A stretch of DNA of 32,000 nt from Promethearchaeota archaeon (GCA_016933055.1 JAFGBS010000034.1:90001-122000); one strand, 5' to 3'; shown: positions 17,559-27,316, numbered from the stretch's first letter. A program made the numbers and translations. The notes: a model not told the origin generated them from the sequence alone.

Positions 17559-18392
17559 TTAATCTCGACATTCTAATGAAATTTGATTTGCTTCACAGAT
17601 TTTGCATTCATCAAATCCAAATTTCTTCACAGATTCAATTATAATTTGCGGATTACCTGAGCAAATTATACGACCGTTTAAAAGAATATGTGCTCGATCC
17701 AATGTCCCCAAATATTGTAATATATACCCTAAATGGGTAATAATTAATCCCGCTTTTGTTTGACGAGAAGGAATTTCATCCCGTTGTAAAAGTTTACGCA
17801 AAACCTTTCCTATTAGTACAAGATTCTCGACATCTACTCCACTATCAGGTTCATCAATAAGCAGTAGATCGGGTTTTAACGCCATCATTTGCATAATCTC
17901 ACTCCGTTTTATTTCACCACCGGAAAATCCTACGTTTACGTCTCTTTCCAGAAATTCTAAAGGAAAATTCAAATCTTTGGCAATTTTTCTAGTTTGTTCA
18001 TCAAGATCCTCACACCCATCTTCTAGGGCAGATTCTTCGTTTGCCCCTTTTTGTGTTCGTTCTCCTCTTTTCTCTCCACATACATTCATCAAATTTTTAA
18101 GTTTAACCCCTGGAACTTTCGGAGCATGCTGAAAAAGAGTACCTATTCCCAAATCTACTCTCTGATTGGTAGGAAGATTGGTTATATTTTTCCCTTTAAA
18201 GAAAATCGAACCGCTTTCTATTATATATCCAGGATACCCAAGGATCGTGTATATTAAAGTTGATTTACCACTTCCATTGGGTCCTAATAACACATGGGTT
18301 TCTCCCTCATCTATATTGAGATTGAAATCACGTAATATTTTTCTGCCATTTCCGTGGTTTACACTGACAGTAAGGTTTTGAATTCTTAACAT
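17559..18392 (-). CDS. sufC: Fe-S cluster assembly ABC ATPase SufC (SmsC)
   Basis: GPNGSGKST, NVGFSGGEIKRSE, LLLIDEPDSGVD, IITHLG; C-terminal C-x18-CxxC; GGTGA RBS at 18397-18401. Confidence 0.95.
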   Translation of the reverse strand: MLRIQNLTVSVNHGNGRKILRDFNLNIDEGETHVLLGPNGSGKSTLIYTILGYPGYIIESGSIFFKGKNITNLPTNQRVDLGIGTLFQHAPKVPGVKLKNLMNVCGEKRGERTQKGANEESALEDGCEDLDEQTRKIAKDLNFPLEFLERDVNVGFSGGEIKRSEIMQMMALKPDLLLIDEPDSGVDVENLVLIGKVLRKLLQRDEIPSRQTKAGLIITHLGYILQYLGTLDRAHILLNGRIICSGNPQIIIESVKKFGFDECKICEANQISLECRD

Positions 18393-18877
18393 GTTCTCAC
18401 CTTAAAGAATTGGAAATATTTTTAGCTAATAACAAGCGGTATTAATGTTTACTTATTGAGTTTTTCACCAATTCTTAAAATTCTATTTTCTGATAATTCT
18501 TAAACGGATATTCATTAGTTAAAATTTATCCTATAACCAACTTAACTAAAAACAGCAATAAATACCTGCAGTTATCGGTAAATCTTATTAGATATCTATG
18601 AAGAAGCCCATTCAAAATTTCTGCATACCATGAAAACTTAGTGGGTTTATGAACCCTTACACAAAATGAATTTCAATGGTTTTTTAAAAAATTCCAGTGT
18701 AAGTTGTTTGCGTAGTTCTCAAGGGATAAATAAGAATTAGGAGGAAGGATTAGAATTTATTTTCCCAGTTTAAACCTTCTATTGCACCTTGATCCTTTAT
18801 CGTTTAAAATCGTAAATAAATATATACTTATAAAAGATAGAAACACTAAATTCAATAATACAATCTTCGTGATTAGG

Positions 18878-19675
18878 ATGACATTATTAGAATTCTTAGA
18901 CTTTACAAATGAAGAAATAATATTGTTGGTATTAGAAGGCATATTTTTGTTCCTATGGTGTTTAAATATTATCCATTTTAGCAGGAGAAGAAAAAAGGAC
19001 AAAAGCAAAGTTGTGCTTTACATATTACTCACATCAATTTTTTATGCTTGTGCTGTTATACAAGCAGTTGATATAGTAGGATTAGATCAGTGGTCTGAAC
19101 CAAAATATGGTTTTAAATTATCAGCAGGATATGGTGCTGCAGTAGTTTTCAGCACTTTTGCCTCTTATTTCTTTTATGCATTTGGTTTGGAAGTATTTGG
19201 CAAAAAACCCAAAAAAGCTATGAGGAATAAATTCATTTTCGGGTTATTTGATTTTCCTGCCGGTATACTGGTATTTCTGGGGAAAATCATGCGTCCTTAT
19301 TGGACCCAAATGGTCTTTGGAATTATGCCATTATTTGATGTCTTATTCTTTCTGGGATTTGGAATCCATTTCGTTGCATCCTTATTTTTAGGTATTTTTC
19401 TGTTTATTAATACATCAAAACTCGCAAAATATTCTGACGAGCGAATTGATCGGGTATCATTCCGATTAATGTCATTGTCGGGAGTATCTATTGTTGTCTC
19501 ATATCTTCTATGGATATTAGAAGGCGGCATATTTAGCCCAACAGAAGTAAGCGTCTGGGGACTTGCTGGTTGGGCTTTCGCGATACTTATTTCATTTTTC
19601 ATGTACTTGGGTTATGCTCAACCGAAGTTCTTTAGAGACTGGTTTAAAGAAAGAGAGATCCACATAAGAACATAA
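18878..19675 (+). CDS. Stand-alone 7-TM membrane protein, unknown function
   Basis: Seven hydrophobic segments; ends YLGYAQPKFF; ATG at 18878 preferred over the track start because the extra 32 codons are AT-rich and promoter-like. Confidence 0.75.
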   Translation: MTLLEFLDFTNEEIILLVLEGIFLFLWCLNIIHFSRRRKKDKSKVVLYILLTSIFYACAVIQAVDIVGLDQWSEPKYGFKLSAGYGAAVVFSTFASYFFYAFGLEVFGKKPKKAMRNKFIFGLFDFPAGILVFLGKIMRPYWTQMVFGIMPLFDVLFFLGFGIHFVASLFLGIFLFINTSKLAKYSDERIDRVSFRLMSLSGVSIVVSYLLWILEGGIFSPTEVSVWGLAGWAFAILISFFMYLGYAQPKFFRDWFKEREIHIRT

Positions 19676-19708
19676 CCTATTTATCCTTATTTTAGTACAA
19701 TCCCCTCA

Positions 19709-20650
19709 ATGGCAGACACCCACATCCCCCAGAATAAAAAATGGAAATATGTTCCTGAACTACTATTAGTACTTGTTACTATTTTGTGGGGAACAACATT
19801 TATATTAACCAAAAATACCATTCAAAGTATTCCCTCGTTTCTTTATTTAGCTATTAGGTTTGGAATCGCCTTTATTGCTATGGTCCCCTTTCTTTTTCGT
19901 TATAGAAATTTTTTTACATCAATTAATAACTGGAAAATCTCTGTGGTGGCTGGAACCTTATATTTTGTTTCAATTATGTCCCAAACTATAGGATTACAAT
20001 TCACATCTGCGTCCAAGACAAGTTTTATAACCGCTCTTGGGGTGATTTTTGTACCTTTATTTGTGAGCATATTCTATAAACAAAAAATTCACTATTTATT
20101 ATGGATTGCAGTGATTCTTGCAATTATTGGGGTGGGGCTTCTATCGTTACCCAAAGTTGAACGTATTTCCATTGGGGACCCTTTAGTATTGATATGTGCT
20201 ATAACCTACGCCTTTTATGTAATATACATTGGAAGACACCTTCATGAAATACAGATTATTCCATTTACTGTGGTTCAATTGTTTATCATTTCTTTTTTTT
20301 CCCTTATTTTTTCTTTGGTGATTGATTTCGGGATAATGTCAGAACCACTTGAGATTACATCCATCTTTTCTCTGCAAAATACTATAGTGCTTCTTTATTT
20401 GGGATTAATAGCGACCACTTTAACTTTCATTCTGCAAAGTTATGGTCAAAGATTTGTATCTTCTACGCGAGCTTCTCTTATTTTTGCCTTTGAGCCTTTT
20501 TTTGCGACTTTGTTCGCAATATTGGGTGGAGAACTGTTAAATTGGCTTATTGGGATTGGGATGGTTTTAATTTTTATCGCAGTTATATTATCTATATTTT
20601 CTCCTCAAAAGTCGTTACAAGAATCCCTCACAGAGTCGAAAATTCCATAA
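19709..20650 (+). CDS. DMT superfamily / EamA transporter
   Basis: TILWGTTFILTK, LAIRFGIA, GLQFTSASKTSFI, GDPLVLICAITYAFY, STRASLIFAFEPFFA; two 5-TM repeats. Confidence 0.93.
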   Translation: MADTHIPQNKKWKYVPELLLVLVTILWGTTFILTKNTIQSIPSFLYLAIRFGIAFIAMVPFLFRYRNFFTSINNWKISVVAGTLYFVSIMSQTIGLQFTSASKTSFITALGVIFVPLFVSIFYKQKIHYLLWIAVILAIIGVGLLSLPKVERISIGDPLVLICAITYAFYVIYIGRHLHEIQIIPFTVVQLFIISFFSLIFSLVIDFGIMSEPLEITSIFSLQNTIVLLYLGLIATTLTFILQSYGQRFVSSTRASLIFAFEPFFATLFAILGGELLNWLIGIGMVLIFIAVILSIFSPQKSLQESLTESKIP

Positions 20651-20679
20651 ATATCAAGTTATGAAAAATGGGGGTATTT

Positions 20680-22101
20680 TTACTGGATAAAATCGTATGT
20701 GTCCATTAGGATCTTTGCAACCGCGTCGATATTTTTATGAGTTGTCTTGATATCTATGGTTGATTCACCCTCAACTCGTAAAATGGGTGAAGTTCCTGAA
20801 CGCCGAATTAAGATCCAGCCTTTTTCGAAATCCATTCGTAGTCCATCTATATGATTGTACCTAATTTCAGTAAAACCTTGATCATGCAACCATGGCTCGA
20901 TCATCGTCCCCATTTCCTTGTATTCTTCACTGGTGATGGATTTATCATAAGTTAATGGATATTCTTTTTTCACAAAGGGAAAATTCGGGATCTCTGAAAT
21001 TAGCTCGGTAAAGGATTTCTTTTCATATGATAGTATTTCAATAAGTTTGGCAATTGTCACTAACGAATCTGGTCCCATATGAAAAGTAGGCCAAATATAG
21101 GTTCCCGAATTTTCTCCCCCGATAAACCCTCCTTGCTTTTGGATCTCAATAGCTACCCTGATATCACCTACGGGAGTGCGTACTACCTTGCATCCCAAAG
21201 GTTCAAGAGTGCGTTCGATCACGTTAGATGAATTAATAGGGGTCATGACATGACTGGCAGTTCCCTTTTTTGTTGGATGTCGTTCTAGTTCTTTTTTTGC
21301 TAAGAAAGTCAGCATCCGAATGGATTCAATAATCTCACCATTAGCATCAATGAAAATTACTCGATCCGCATCTCCATCTAATGCCATCCCCAAATCGATA
21401 TTCGGAGAGTTCTTTATAATATTAGACACAATTTGCAGATTCTCAATGGATGGTTCACTTAAACGTCCTGGAAAATGCCCATCGGGCTGTGAATTTAATG
21501 TTACATATTTACATCTCAGTCTCTTCAATAAGAGAGGTGCAATTTCACAAGAAGAACCGTTCCCAGGATCAATGATAACTTGACGTATTCCATTTTTGGG
21601 ATTACATTTGATTTGTTTAAGAATCTCATCCACATGAAGAGTATTTATGTCATTTATATGGGTAAAAGTCCCTACTTCGTCCCATTTGATCTTTCGGAAT
21701 GCTTTTTTCTTATAGATGTTTTCAACATCCAACTCTTGTTCGGGAGTGAATCCTAAACCACTGGGATTCCATAACTTAATACCAATATACTCGGGAGTGT
21801 TGTGACTGGCTGTAATCATTACTCCACAATCTCCTCCAAGAAATTTCATAGACATCGCAAGCGTAGGAGTGGTGACCATGCCCAAAGTCAGCACTTTGCA
21901 CCCTGCACTGATCAAACCGGAATTCAATGCCAACTCAATAGGGATAGCGGTGGTCCTAATATCACGACCGATTACTACGGTCTTTCCCTTTATATATGAC
22001 CCAATAGCCAACCCAATTTTCAAAGCGGTAGATGGAGTAAATTGTTTTATGTCATTCCCATATGGAGAAAATACTTTTCGAATTCCCGATGTACCGAACA
22101 T
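20680..22101 (-). CDS. Alpha-D-phosphohexomutase (phosphoglucosamine mutase or PMM/PGM)
   Basis: MFGTSGIR, TASHN (phospho-Ser loop), DGDADR (metal loop), GGENSG (sugar loop), IRRSGTSPILRV. Substrate cannot be fixed from motifs. Confidence 0.92.
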   Translation of the reverse strand: MFGTSGIRKVFSPYGNDIKQFTPSTALKIGLAIGSYIKGKTVVIGRDIRTTAIPIELALNSGLISAGCKVLTLGMVTTPTLAMSMKFLGGDCGVMITASHNTPEYIGIKLWNPSGLGFTPEQELDVENIYKKKAFRKIKWDEVGTFTHINDINTLHVDEILKQIKCNPKNGIRQVIIDPGNGSSCEIAPLLLKRLRCKYVTLNSQPDGHFPGRLSEPSIENLQIVSNIIKNSPNIDLGMALDGDADRVIFIDANGEIIESIRMLTFLAKKELERHPTKKGTASHVMTPINSSNVIERTLEPLGCKVVRTPVGDIRVAIEIQKQGGFIGGENSGTYIWPTFHMGPDSLVTIAKLIEILSYEKKSFTELISEIPNFPFVKKEYPLTYDKSITSEEYKEMGTMIEPWLHDQGFTEIRYNHIDGLRMDFEKGWILIRRSGTSPILRVEGESTIDIKTTHKNIDAVAKILMDTYDFIQ

Positions 22102-22269
22102 TTTAACTTATCTATGACGAATTGTTCATCACACAAAAATATGGGCAATTCATTCAAAAATTTAGTCTTCGTGAATACTGAAAGTTTGAGTAGCAAAAAT
22201 AAATTTATATACTCATAAATTCACTCCTATTTTATACATGGGCTAATTGGATAACATTGGAGAAATCAC

Positions 22270-23223
22270 ATGTCAGAAGCGGAATCTAATATCGAGAAGC
22301 ACCCAAAACAAAAAAGTAAAGTGAGTCAATTTATCGCCAAATGGGGAGGATTGACTTTTTTAATTATAATGATTGCTCTCATCATTATTTTAGCCGTAAT
22401 GAAAATATCTTTCGGACAATGGCTCGCCAATCTAGTTATTACATTTTACGAACGATATGGTAATTGGGGAATATATCTCGGGGTGAGTATTATTTCAGTG
22501 TTTGCAAATTTTACTGTAATTTTTCCTGTTCCATATGTGGTGGCATTAGTGGTGATTGGCGCATTTATTCCGGGAGTCCGTCCGATTCTTGTTGGACTTG
22601 CGGCTGGATTTGGCGCTGGTGTTGGTGAAGTTTCTGCATGGTTGGTTGGTAGAGGGGGTCAAGAATTTATTAAATCTGAAAAGACGGAGCGAATGAAAAA
22701 ATACATCGAAAAAGGTTGGGCGCCGGTGCTGATTTTCATATTTGCAGCTACTCCCTTACCAGATGATGCGTTTTTAGTTGTGGTTGGATATACTGGTTAT
22801 AGTATATTTAAAACACTTTTTTGGTGTTTCTTAGGAAAATTTGTATTATGCACCTTCACTGCTGCTATACCTGTATGGATCCAAAATTCTACCGCTTTTC
22901 CTGACCTTGCTCCTTTTCTTTACAGACTTTTTGGTATCAATTATGAGGATGCTGTAATTGGAATTGTGTCCGAAAGCCCTCCCACATGGCAAGACATAGT
23001 TATCAGTACGAGTGTGTGGGTCGGAATCATCGTTATCACCTTTATTTTGATCTCAATTGATTGGGATAAAGCATTTCATCGGGTAAAAGAAACACGCAAT
23101 TCACAACCGCATCATGCGTTAAAAAAAGGAGTGGATTTTAAGAACCATATTTTGGAGGAATTTGAGGAAGACCTTCCTAAGGAGGCACAGACAACTAAAA
23201 ACGAGCAAAAAAAACGTATATAG
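22270..23223 (+). CDS. DedA/VTT-domain (SNARE_assoc) membrane protein
   Basis: FANFTVIFPVPY re-entrant motif, GFGAGVGEVSAWLVGRGG, FAATPLPDD, FLGKFV. Confidence 0.85.
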   Translation: MSEAESNIEKHPKQKSKVSQFIAKWGGLTFLIIMIALIIILAVMKISFGQWLANLVITFYERYGNWGIYLGVSIISVFANFTVIFPVPYVVALVVIGAFIPGVRPILVGLAAGFGAGVGEVSAWLVGRGGQEFIKSEKTERMKKYIEKGWAPVLIFIFAATPLPDDAFLVVVGYTGYSIFKTLFWCFLGKFVLCTFTAAIPVWIQNSTAFPDLAPFLYRLFGINYEDAVIGIVSESPPTWQDIVISTSVWVGIIVITFILISIDWDKAFHRVKETRNSQPHHALKKGVDFKNHILEEFEEDLPKEAQTTKNEQKKRI

Positions 23224-23307
23224 TTAGTTAATTTTTCATTATTTCAAAATCATGTTTAGCTATCTTTTTATTTTTCGCATAGAAGAGAATTTTATATCTT
23301 TAATTGG

Positions 23308-24084
23308 ATGAATCCGTATATGTTTCCAAAGACGAATAAGCAAATCAATCAAATGAGCTACAAATTCGGTTTAAAGTTCTTACAGAAGCAAATGGAAATT
23401 TCCTTAGACCGCGCTAAATGCGTTGGCTGTGGAACTTGCGCCATTGTATGTCCCAAAGAAGCTATTGTGAGTGGTCCAAAAACGAAAGGAAAGGATGAGC
23501 ATCTGCACTCGGTGATGGATGATGCTATCATATTGGATGTTTCAGATCCTCAAAAATGTGTATATTGTGGAACTTGTGTCTATTTCTGTCCGTTTGATGC
23601 TCTGAAACTAACTATTGATGGAAGAATTATTCCAAAAGATGAAATTGACATCGTTAGGCGAGAGGTTGTGCCCAAACTTGAGGGTAGTCACCAAATGATG
23701 AAAAATGCCAAGATCGAAGCCCATGTGTATATGAAAGGCTCTATAGAGATTAAAAAGACTGATAATTCTAATGAACGAGAATTTCAATTGGAATACGTAA
23801 ATAATTGTCCAGGAGAATGCCATAAATGTATTGATATTTGCCCCAACGGTGCTTTGGAGCGAATGCCCTTTGATGAAGCATTGAGAACTGGAATCACTAT
23901 TAAAGTGGATGATAAAGCGTGTATTGTATGTGGTTCTTGTGTGATGGCATGTCCCTCTGATAAGATCCTAATGAAAAGGACGGAAATAGATACATCTGGG
24001 CCTTATAGTACGATGTTTATGGAGACCATTTGTGAGAAATTAGGAGTGCCCCTTCCCCCGAACCCAAAGGAAAAATCAAAATAA
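23308..24084 (+). CDS. Polyferredoxin with four [4Fe-4S] motifs, FwdF-like
   Basis: CVGCGTCAIVCP, CVYCGTCVYFCPFDALKLTIDG, CPGECHKCIDICP, CIVCGSCVMACP. Confidence 0.85.
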   Translation: MNPYMFPKTNKQINQMSYKFGLKFLQKQMEISLDRAKCVGCGTCAIVCPKEAIVSGPKTKGKDEHLHSVMDDAIILDVSDPQKCVYCGTCVYFCPFDALKLTIDGRIIPKDEIDIVRREVVPKLEGSHQMMKNAKIEAHVYMKGSIEIKKTDNSNEREFQLEYVNNCPGECHKCIDICPNGALERMPFDEALRTGITIKVDDKACIVCGSCVMACPSDKILMKRTEIDTSGPYSTMFMETICEKLGVPLPPNPKEKSK

Positions 24085-24112
24085 ATCCAATTTTCCAATT
24101 CTTATGAAGTAT

Positions 24113-24211
24113 CACGCAAAAACTTATATTTTTTAAAAACATGTTAAAATTACTAATCAATACCTGACGTGATAGGACGACGTTAGGTGAACTGATCTGA
24201 TCTTCTTATCA
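24113..24211 (+). promoter_or_regulatory. BRE/TATA-like element followed by a 42-nt hairpin in the predicted aCPSF1 5' leader
   Basis: CGCAAAAA-CTTATATT near 24115-24130; stem TGATAGGA/TCTTATCA (24170-24177 with 24204-24211) and inner stem GTTAGGT/ATCTGAT (24182-24188 with 24195-24201), with G-U pairs. Confidence 0.4.
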
Positions 24212-24297
24212 GTACCATAATTTCCAAGATATATCATTAATTTCTAACAAAACTCAAATTTAACAATCAATTTTAAGCACCCAATGGAGTTTTTGCA

Positions 24298-26205
24298 ATG
24301 CAATCGATGTCTATAGAACGTGTGAAAAAAGAAATACTAGAGAGTTTACCCAGTAAAATCAAAATTTCAAAAATAGAGTACGAAGGTCCCGAAGTCGCAA
24401 TTTATACGAAAGATTCTAAAGTACTAGTAGATGATTCTAATATTCTACGAGTCTTGGCCAAAAAGATGAGAATGCGCATTGTTATCCGTTCTGACGAAGA
24501 AGTCAGAATGGAAATGGGTCAAGCAGTGGAATTCATCCAAAATCTCGTACCTTCTGAAGCAGAAGTGACAAAAATCTTCTTTGATGAAACATTAGGAGAA
24601 GTTACCATAGAAGGACGTAAACCTGGTTTAATTATTGGAAAACAAGGCATTAATTTGAAAGAGATTCGAAGCGAGACATTATGGAGACCTAAAGTAGTTA
24701 GGACACCTCCCATCCAAAGTAAAACGATCGAAACTATTCGAAACCTTTTGAAAAATGAAAGTAAAAAACAAAAAGATATTTTATTAAAGATAGGTGCTCG
24801 AATCCATCGACCCCTTTTAATCAAAGATCTAAACATTCGAATGACACCATTGGGTGGATCTCGGGAAGTGGGTCGCTCTGCTGTATTACTTCAAACAAAT
24901 GAAAGTAGTGTGTTATTGGATTGCGGAATGAACGTTGGTAATCCACGATATCTTTTCCCTTCCTTTAATACTCCCGGATTCGAAATTGATAACTTGGATG
25001 CTGTTGTGGTCAGTCATGCACACATGGATCATTCAGGTTTAGTCCCTTTCCTCTATAAATATGGATATGAAGGTCCCGTGTATTGCACAGCACCCACCCG
25101 TAATCTTATGACAATGCTCCAACTTGATTATGTAGCTTTAACCCAGCGTGAAGGTAGGGTAGCATGTTACAGTAAAAGTGATATTAAAGCAGAAGTGTTA
25201 CATACTATTCCATTATCTTGGGGAAAAGTAACAGATATCGCACCAGATATAAAATTAACTCTGCATAATGCCGGACACATTTTAGGATCTTCTTTATGTC
25301 ATTTACACTTTGGAAATGGGGATCATAATCTTGTTTATACCGGGGATTATAAATTTCAACGAACTCGATTACTCGAACCCGCTTTATGCCGTTTTCCCCG
25401 CTTAGAAACCCTAATCACTGAAGCTACTTACGGAGGAGTACAAGATATCATACCCTCACGTCACGAATCTGAGCGTAATTTAGCAAATATTATTAATACT
25501 ACCATGCAAGCAGGTGGAAAACTCCTTATTCCTGTGTTGGCTGTAGGTCGTGCTCAAGAAATCATGATTGTATTGGAAGAGTTGGTAAATAATGAAATCA
25601 TTCCAAAAGTGCCAGTATTCGTGGATGGAATGATATCAGAGGCGACTGCTATACATACAGCCCATCCAGAGTTTTTAAGTGTAGAACTACGCGAAAAAAT
25701 CTTTCACCAAGGAAAAAATCCTTTCTTATCCGAGATTTTTCAAACTGTAAATGGAATAGACGATGCTAGACGTGACATTGTTGAAGGAGACCCATGCATT
25801 ATTATGGCTACAAGTGGTATGCTATCGGGCGGTCCAAGTGTGCAATATCTAAAGTTATTAGCAGATTCTGATAAGAATACCTTATTGTTTGTTAGCTACC
25901 AAGTTGAGGGAACATTGGGTCGTCGTATCCAGAAGGGATTTCGAGACATCCAATTCGAAAACCGCCATGGTCAATCAAATGTTGTGAAGATGCAGATGAA
26001 TGTATACACTCTTTCTGGTTTTTCAGGTCATAGTTCTCGTAGCCAAATAATAAGTTTCATCCGGAAAGTGAAACCAAAACCAGATCGGATCATTACGAAC
26101 CATGGGGAGTCATCGAAATGTATTTCTCTCGCATCTACAATTCACAAACGCTTGAAAGCAGATACTCGCTCCTTATCTAATGGGGAGTCTATCGTTCTTA
26201 AATAG
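24298..26205 (+). CDS. cpsf1: Archaeal CPSF1 / FttA beta-CASP ribonuclease with two N-terminal KH domains (transcription termination factor)
   Basis: IEYEGPE, KPGLIIGKQG (KH), GGSREVGRS, SHAHMDHSG, NAGHILGS, YTGD, TEATYGG, GFSGHS, NHGE; 635 aa. Confidence 0.97.
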   Translation: MQSMSIERVKKEILESLPSKIKISKIEYEGPEVAIYTKDSKVLVDDSNILRVLAKKMRMRIVIRSDEEVRMEMGQAVEFIQNLVPSEAEVTKIFFDETLGEVTIEGRKPGLIIGKQGINLKEIRSETLWRPKVVRTPPIQSKTIETIRNLLKNESKKQKDILLKIGARIHRPLLIKDLNIRMTPLGGSREVGRSAVLLQTNESSVLLDCGMNVGNPRYLFPSFNTPGFEIDNLDAVVVSHAHMDHSGLVPFLYKYGYEGPVYCTAPTRNLMTMLQLDYVALTQREGRVACYSKSDIKAEVLHTIPLSWGKVTDIAPDIKLTLHNAGHILGSSLCHLHFGNGDHNLVYTGDYKFQRTRLLEPALCRFPRLETLITEATYGGVQDIIPSRHESERNLANIINTTMQAGGKLLIPVLAVGRAQEIMIVLEELVNNEIIPKVPVFVDGMISEATAIHTAHPEFLSVELREKIFHQGKNPFLSEIFQTVNGIDDARRDIVEGDPCIIMATSGMLSGGPSVQYLKLLADSDKNTLLFVSYQVEGTLGRRIQKGFRDIQFENRHGQSNVVKMQMNVYTLSGFSGHSSRSQIISFIRKVKPKPDRIITNHGESSKCISLASTIHKRLKADTRSLSNGESIVLK

Positions 26206-26220
26206 ATAAAATATTATTCC

Positions 26221-26233
26221 TTTTTTTTTGTTT
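26221..26233 (+). terminator. Oligo-T terminator candidate after aCPSF1
   Basis: T9-G-TTT starting 16 nt after the stop codon. Confidence 0.6.
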
Positions 26234-26347
26234 CCTTGCATTCATTCCCGCATCATAAAGAGATAGACCACAATCTTTTTAGTTAGTGGTTATAATTAAC
26301 AACCATCACATACAGACATACGTCCATTTGATTAAACATTCGGTTAA

Positions 26348-27316
26348 GTGAGACTCTTGAGTGAAGCAGAGAAAAAGAAATTTCCATTGGTTTCGATCAT
26401 TCGCAAAGCTGTACAAGTTCTTAGTTTTCTTGCGATTAATTATATCATATTCGAAACTATCTTTAACATAGATTTATCCATAATTACAAATCTTCACCTG
26501 CCTTATCCATTCATACAAACCCCTCGAAATCTATTATTTGATGGAAAAGGCGGGGCAGGGTTATTAGAGAATATATTGTTTGGGATCGGACATGGTGACA
26601 TTCCTTTTTTCTTAATTGGGATCCTTATATTAATTTCCTTAGTACTAGGTAGATTTACATGTGGTTGGATATGTCCAATCGGTTTGTTTCAAGACATTTT
26701 ATATGTGTTCCAACGTAAAAGTCATCGACGAAAATTTTCTATCCAAGTAGATGCAGCACTAAAACAAGTAAAGAAATGGATATTAGGAATATTATTAGTG
26801 ATGATGATTTTTCTTTATGGAGTTTATCACATCAATCAAGTACAATATGGAGAATGGCGGGAATCTATAGGTACTTTCATACAAAGACCCATGGCAGGAT
26901 TCTCATTGTCAGAATTTTTATTTTATACGCTACCTCGAATGATTGGAATTGCTGTGGATCAACTGAGTTTTACGGCTATGTTCGAAAACGGATGGATGGT
27001 ATTTCTCTTTCTTTTTTACTTGATTGTCATTGCAGTTAGTGTGTTTTACCCTCGATTTTATTGCCGAACACTTTGTTTATATGGAGCTGCTTCAGCAACG
27101 TTTTCTAGGTATGCTATGCTCAAATTCTCCCGAAATCCCGTAAAATGTGTTGGACGTCGTGATTGCGGAATTTGTGAAGATGTTTGTCCAAAACAAATTC
27201 GAATTTTGGACGAACCATTTGAAGGTTATACGGGAAACGGTGAATGTAACCTTTGTAGTAAATGCGTTGAAGCTTGCCCCTATGGAGCAATTAAACTTTC
27301 CTTTAATTTCCAATAA
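26348..27316 (+). CDS. Membrane 4Fe-4S protein, NapH/MauN/YccM family
   Basis: GRFTCGWICPIG and RFYCRTLCLYG (CxxxCP-type), TM helices, C-terminal CxxxxxCxxCxxxCP and CxxCxxCxxxCP; GTG start. Confidence 0.85.
   Translation: MRLLSEAEKKKFPLVSIIRKAVQVLSFLAINYIIFETIFNIDLSIITNLHLPYPFIQTPRNLLFDGKGGAGLLENILFGIGHGDIPFFLIGILILISLVLGRFTCGWICPIGLFQDILYVFQRKSHRRKFSIQVDAALKQVKKWILGILLVMMIFLYGVYHINQVQYGEWRESIGTFIQRPMAGFSLSEFLFYTLPRMIGIAVDQLSFTAMFENGWMVFLFLFYLIVIAVSVFYPRFYCRTLCLYGAASATFSRYAMLKFSRNPVKCVGRRDCGICEDVCPKQIRILDEPFEGYTGNGECNLCSKCVEACPYGAIKLSFNFQ

Noticed and set aside
18878-19675. 7-TM protein as a rhodopsin (schizo- or heliorhodopsin)
   Set aside because: No Lys within helix 7 for a retinal Schiff base, and no RYxxW-like helix 3 motif.
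24161-24216. Hairpin as a SECIS element or C/D-box sRNA
   Set aside because: The upstream polyferredoxin ends in TAA with no in-frame TGA, and no selenoprotein is evident. The C-box-like GTGATAG deviates from RTGATGA and there is no proper C'/D spacing.
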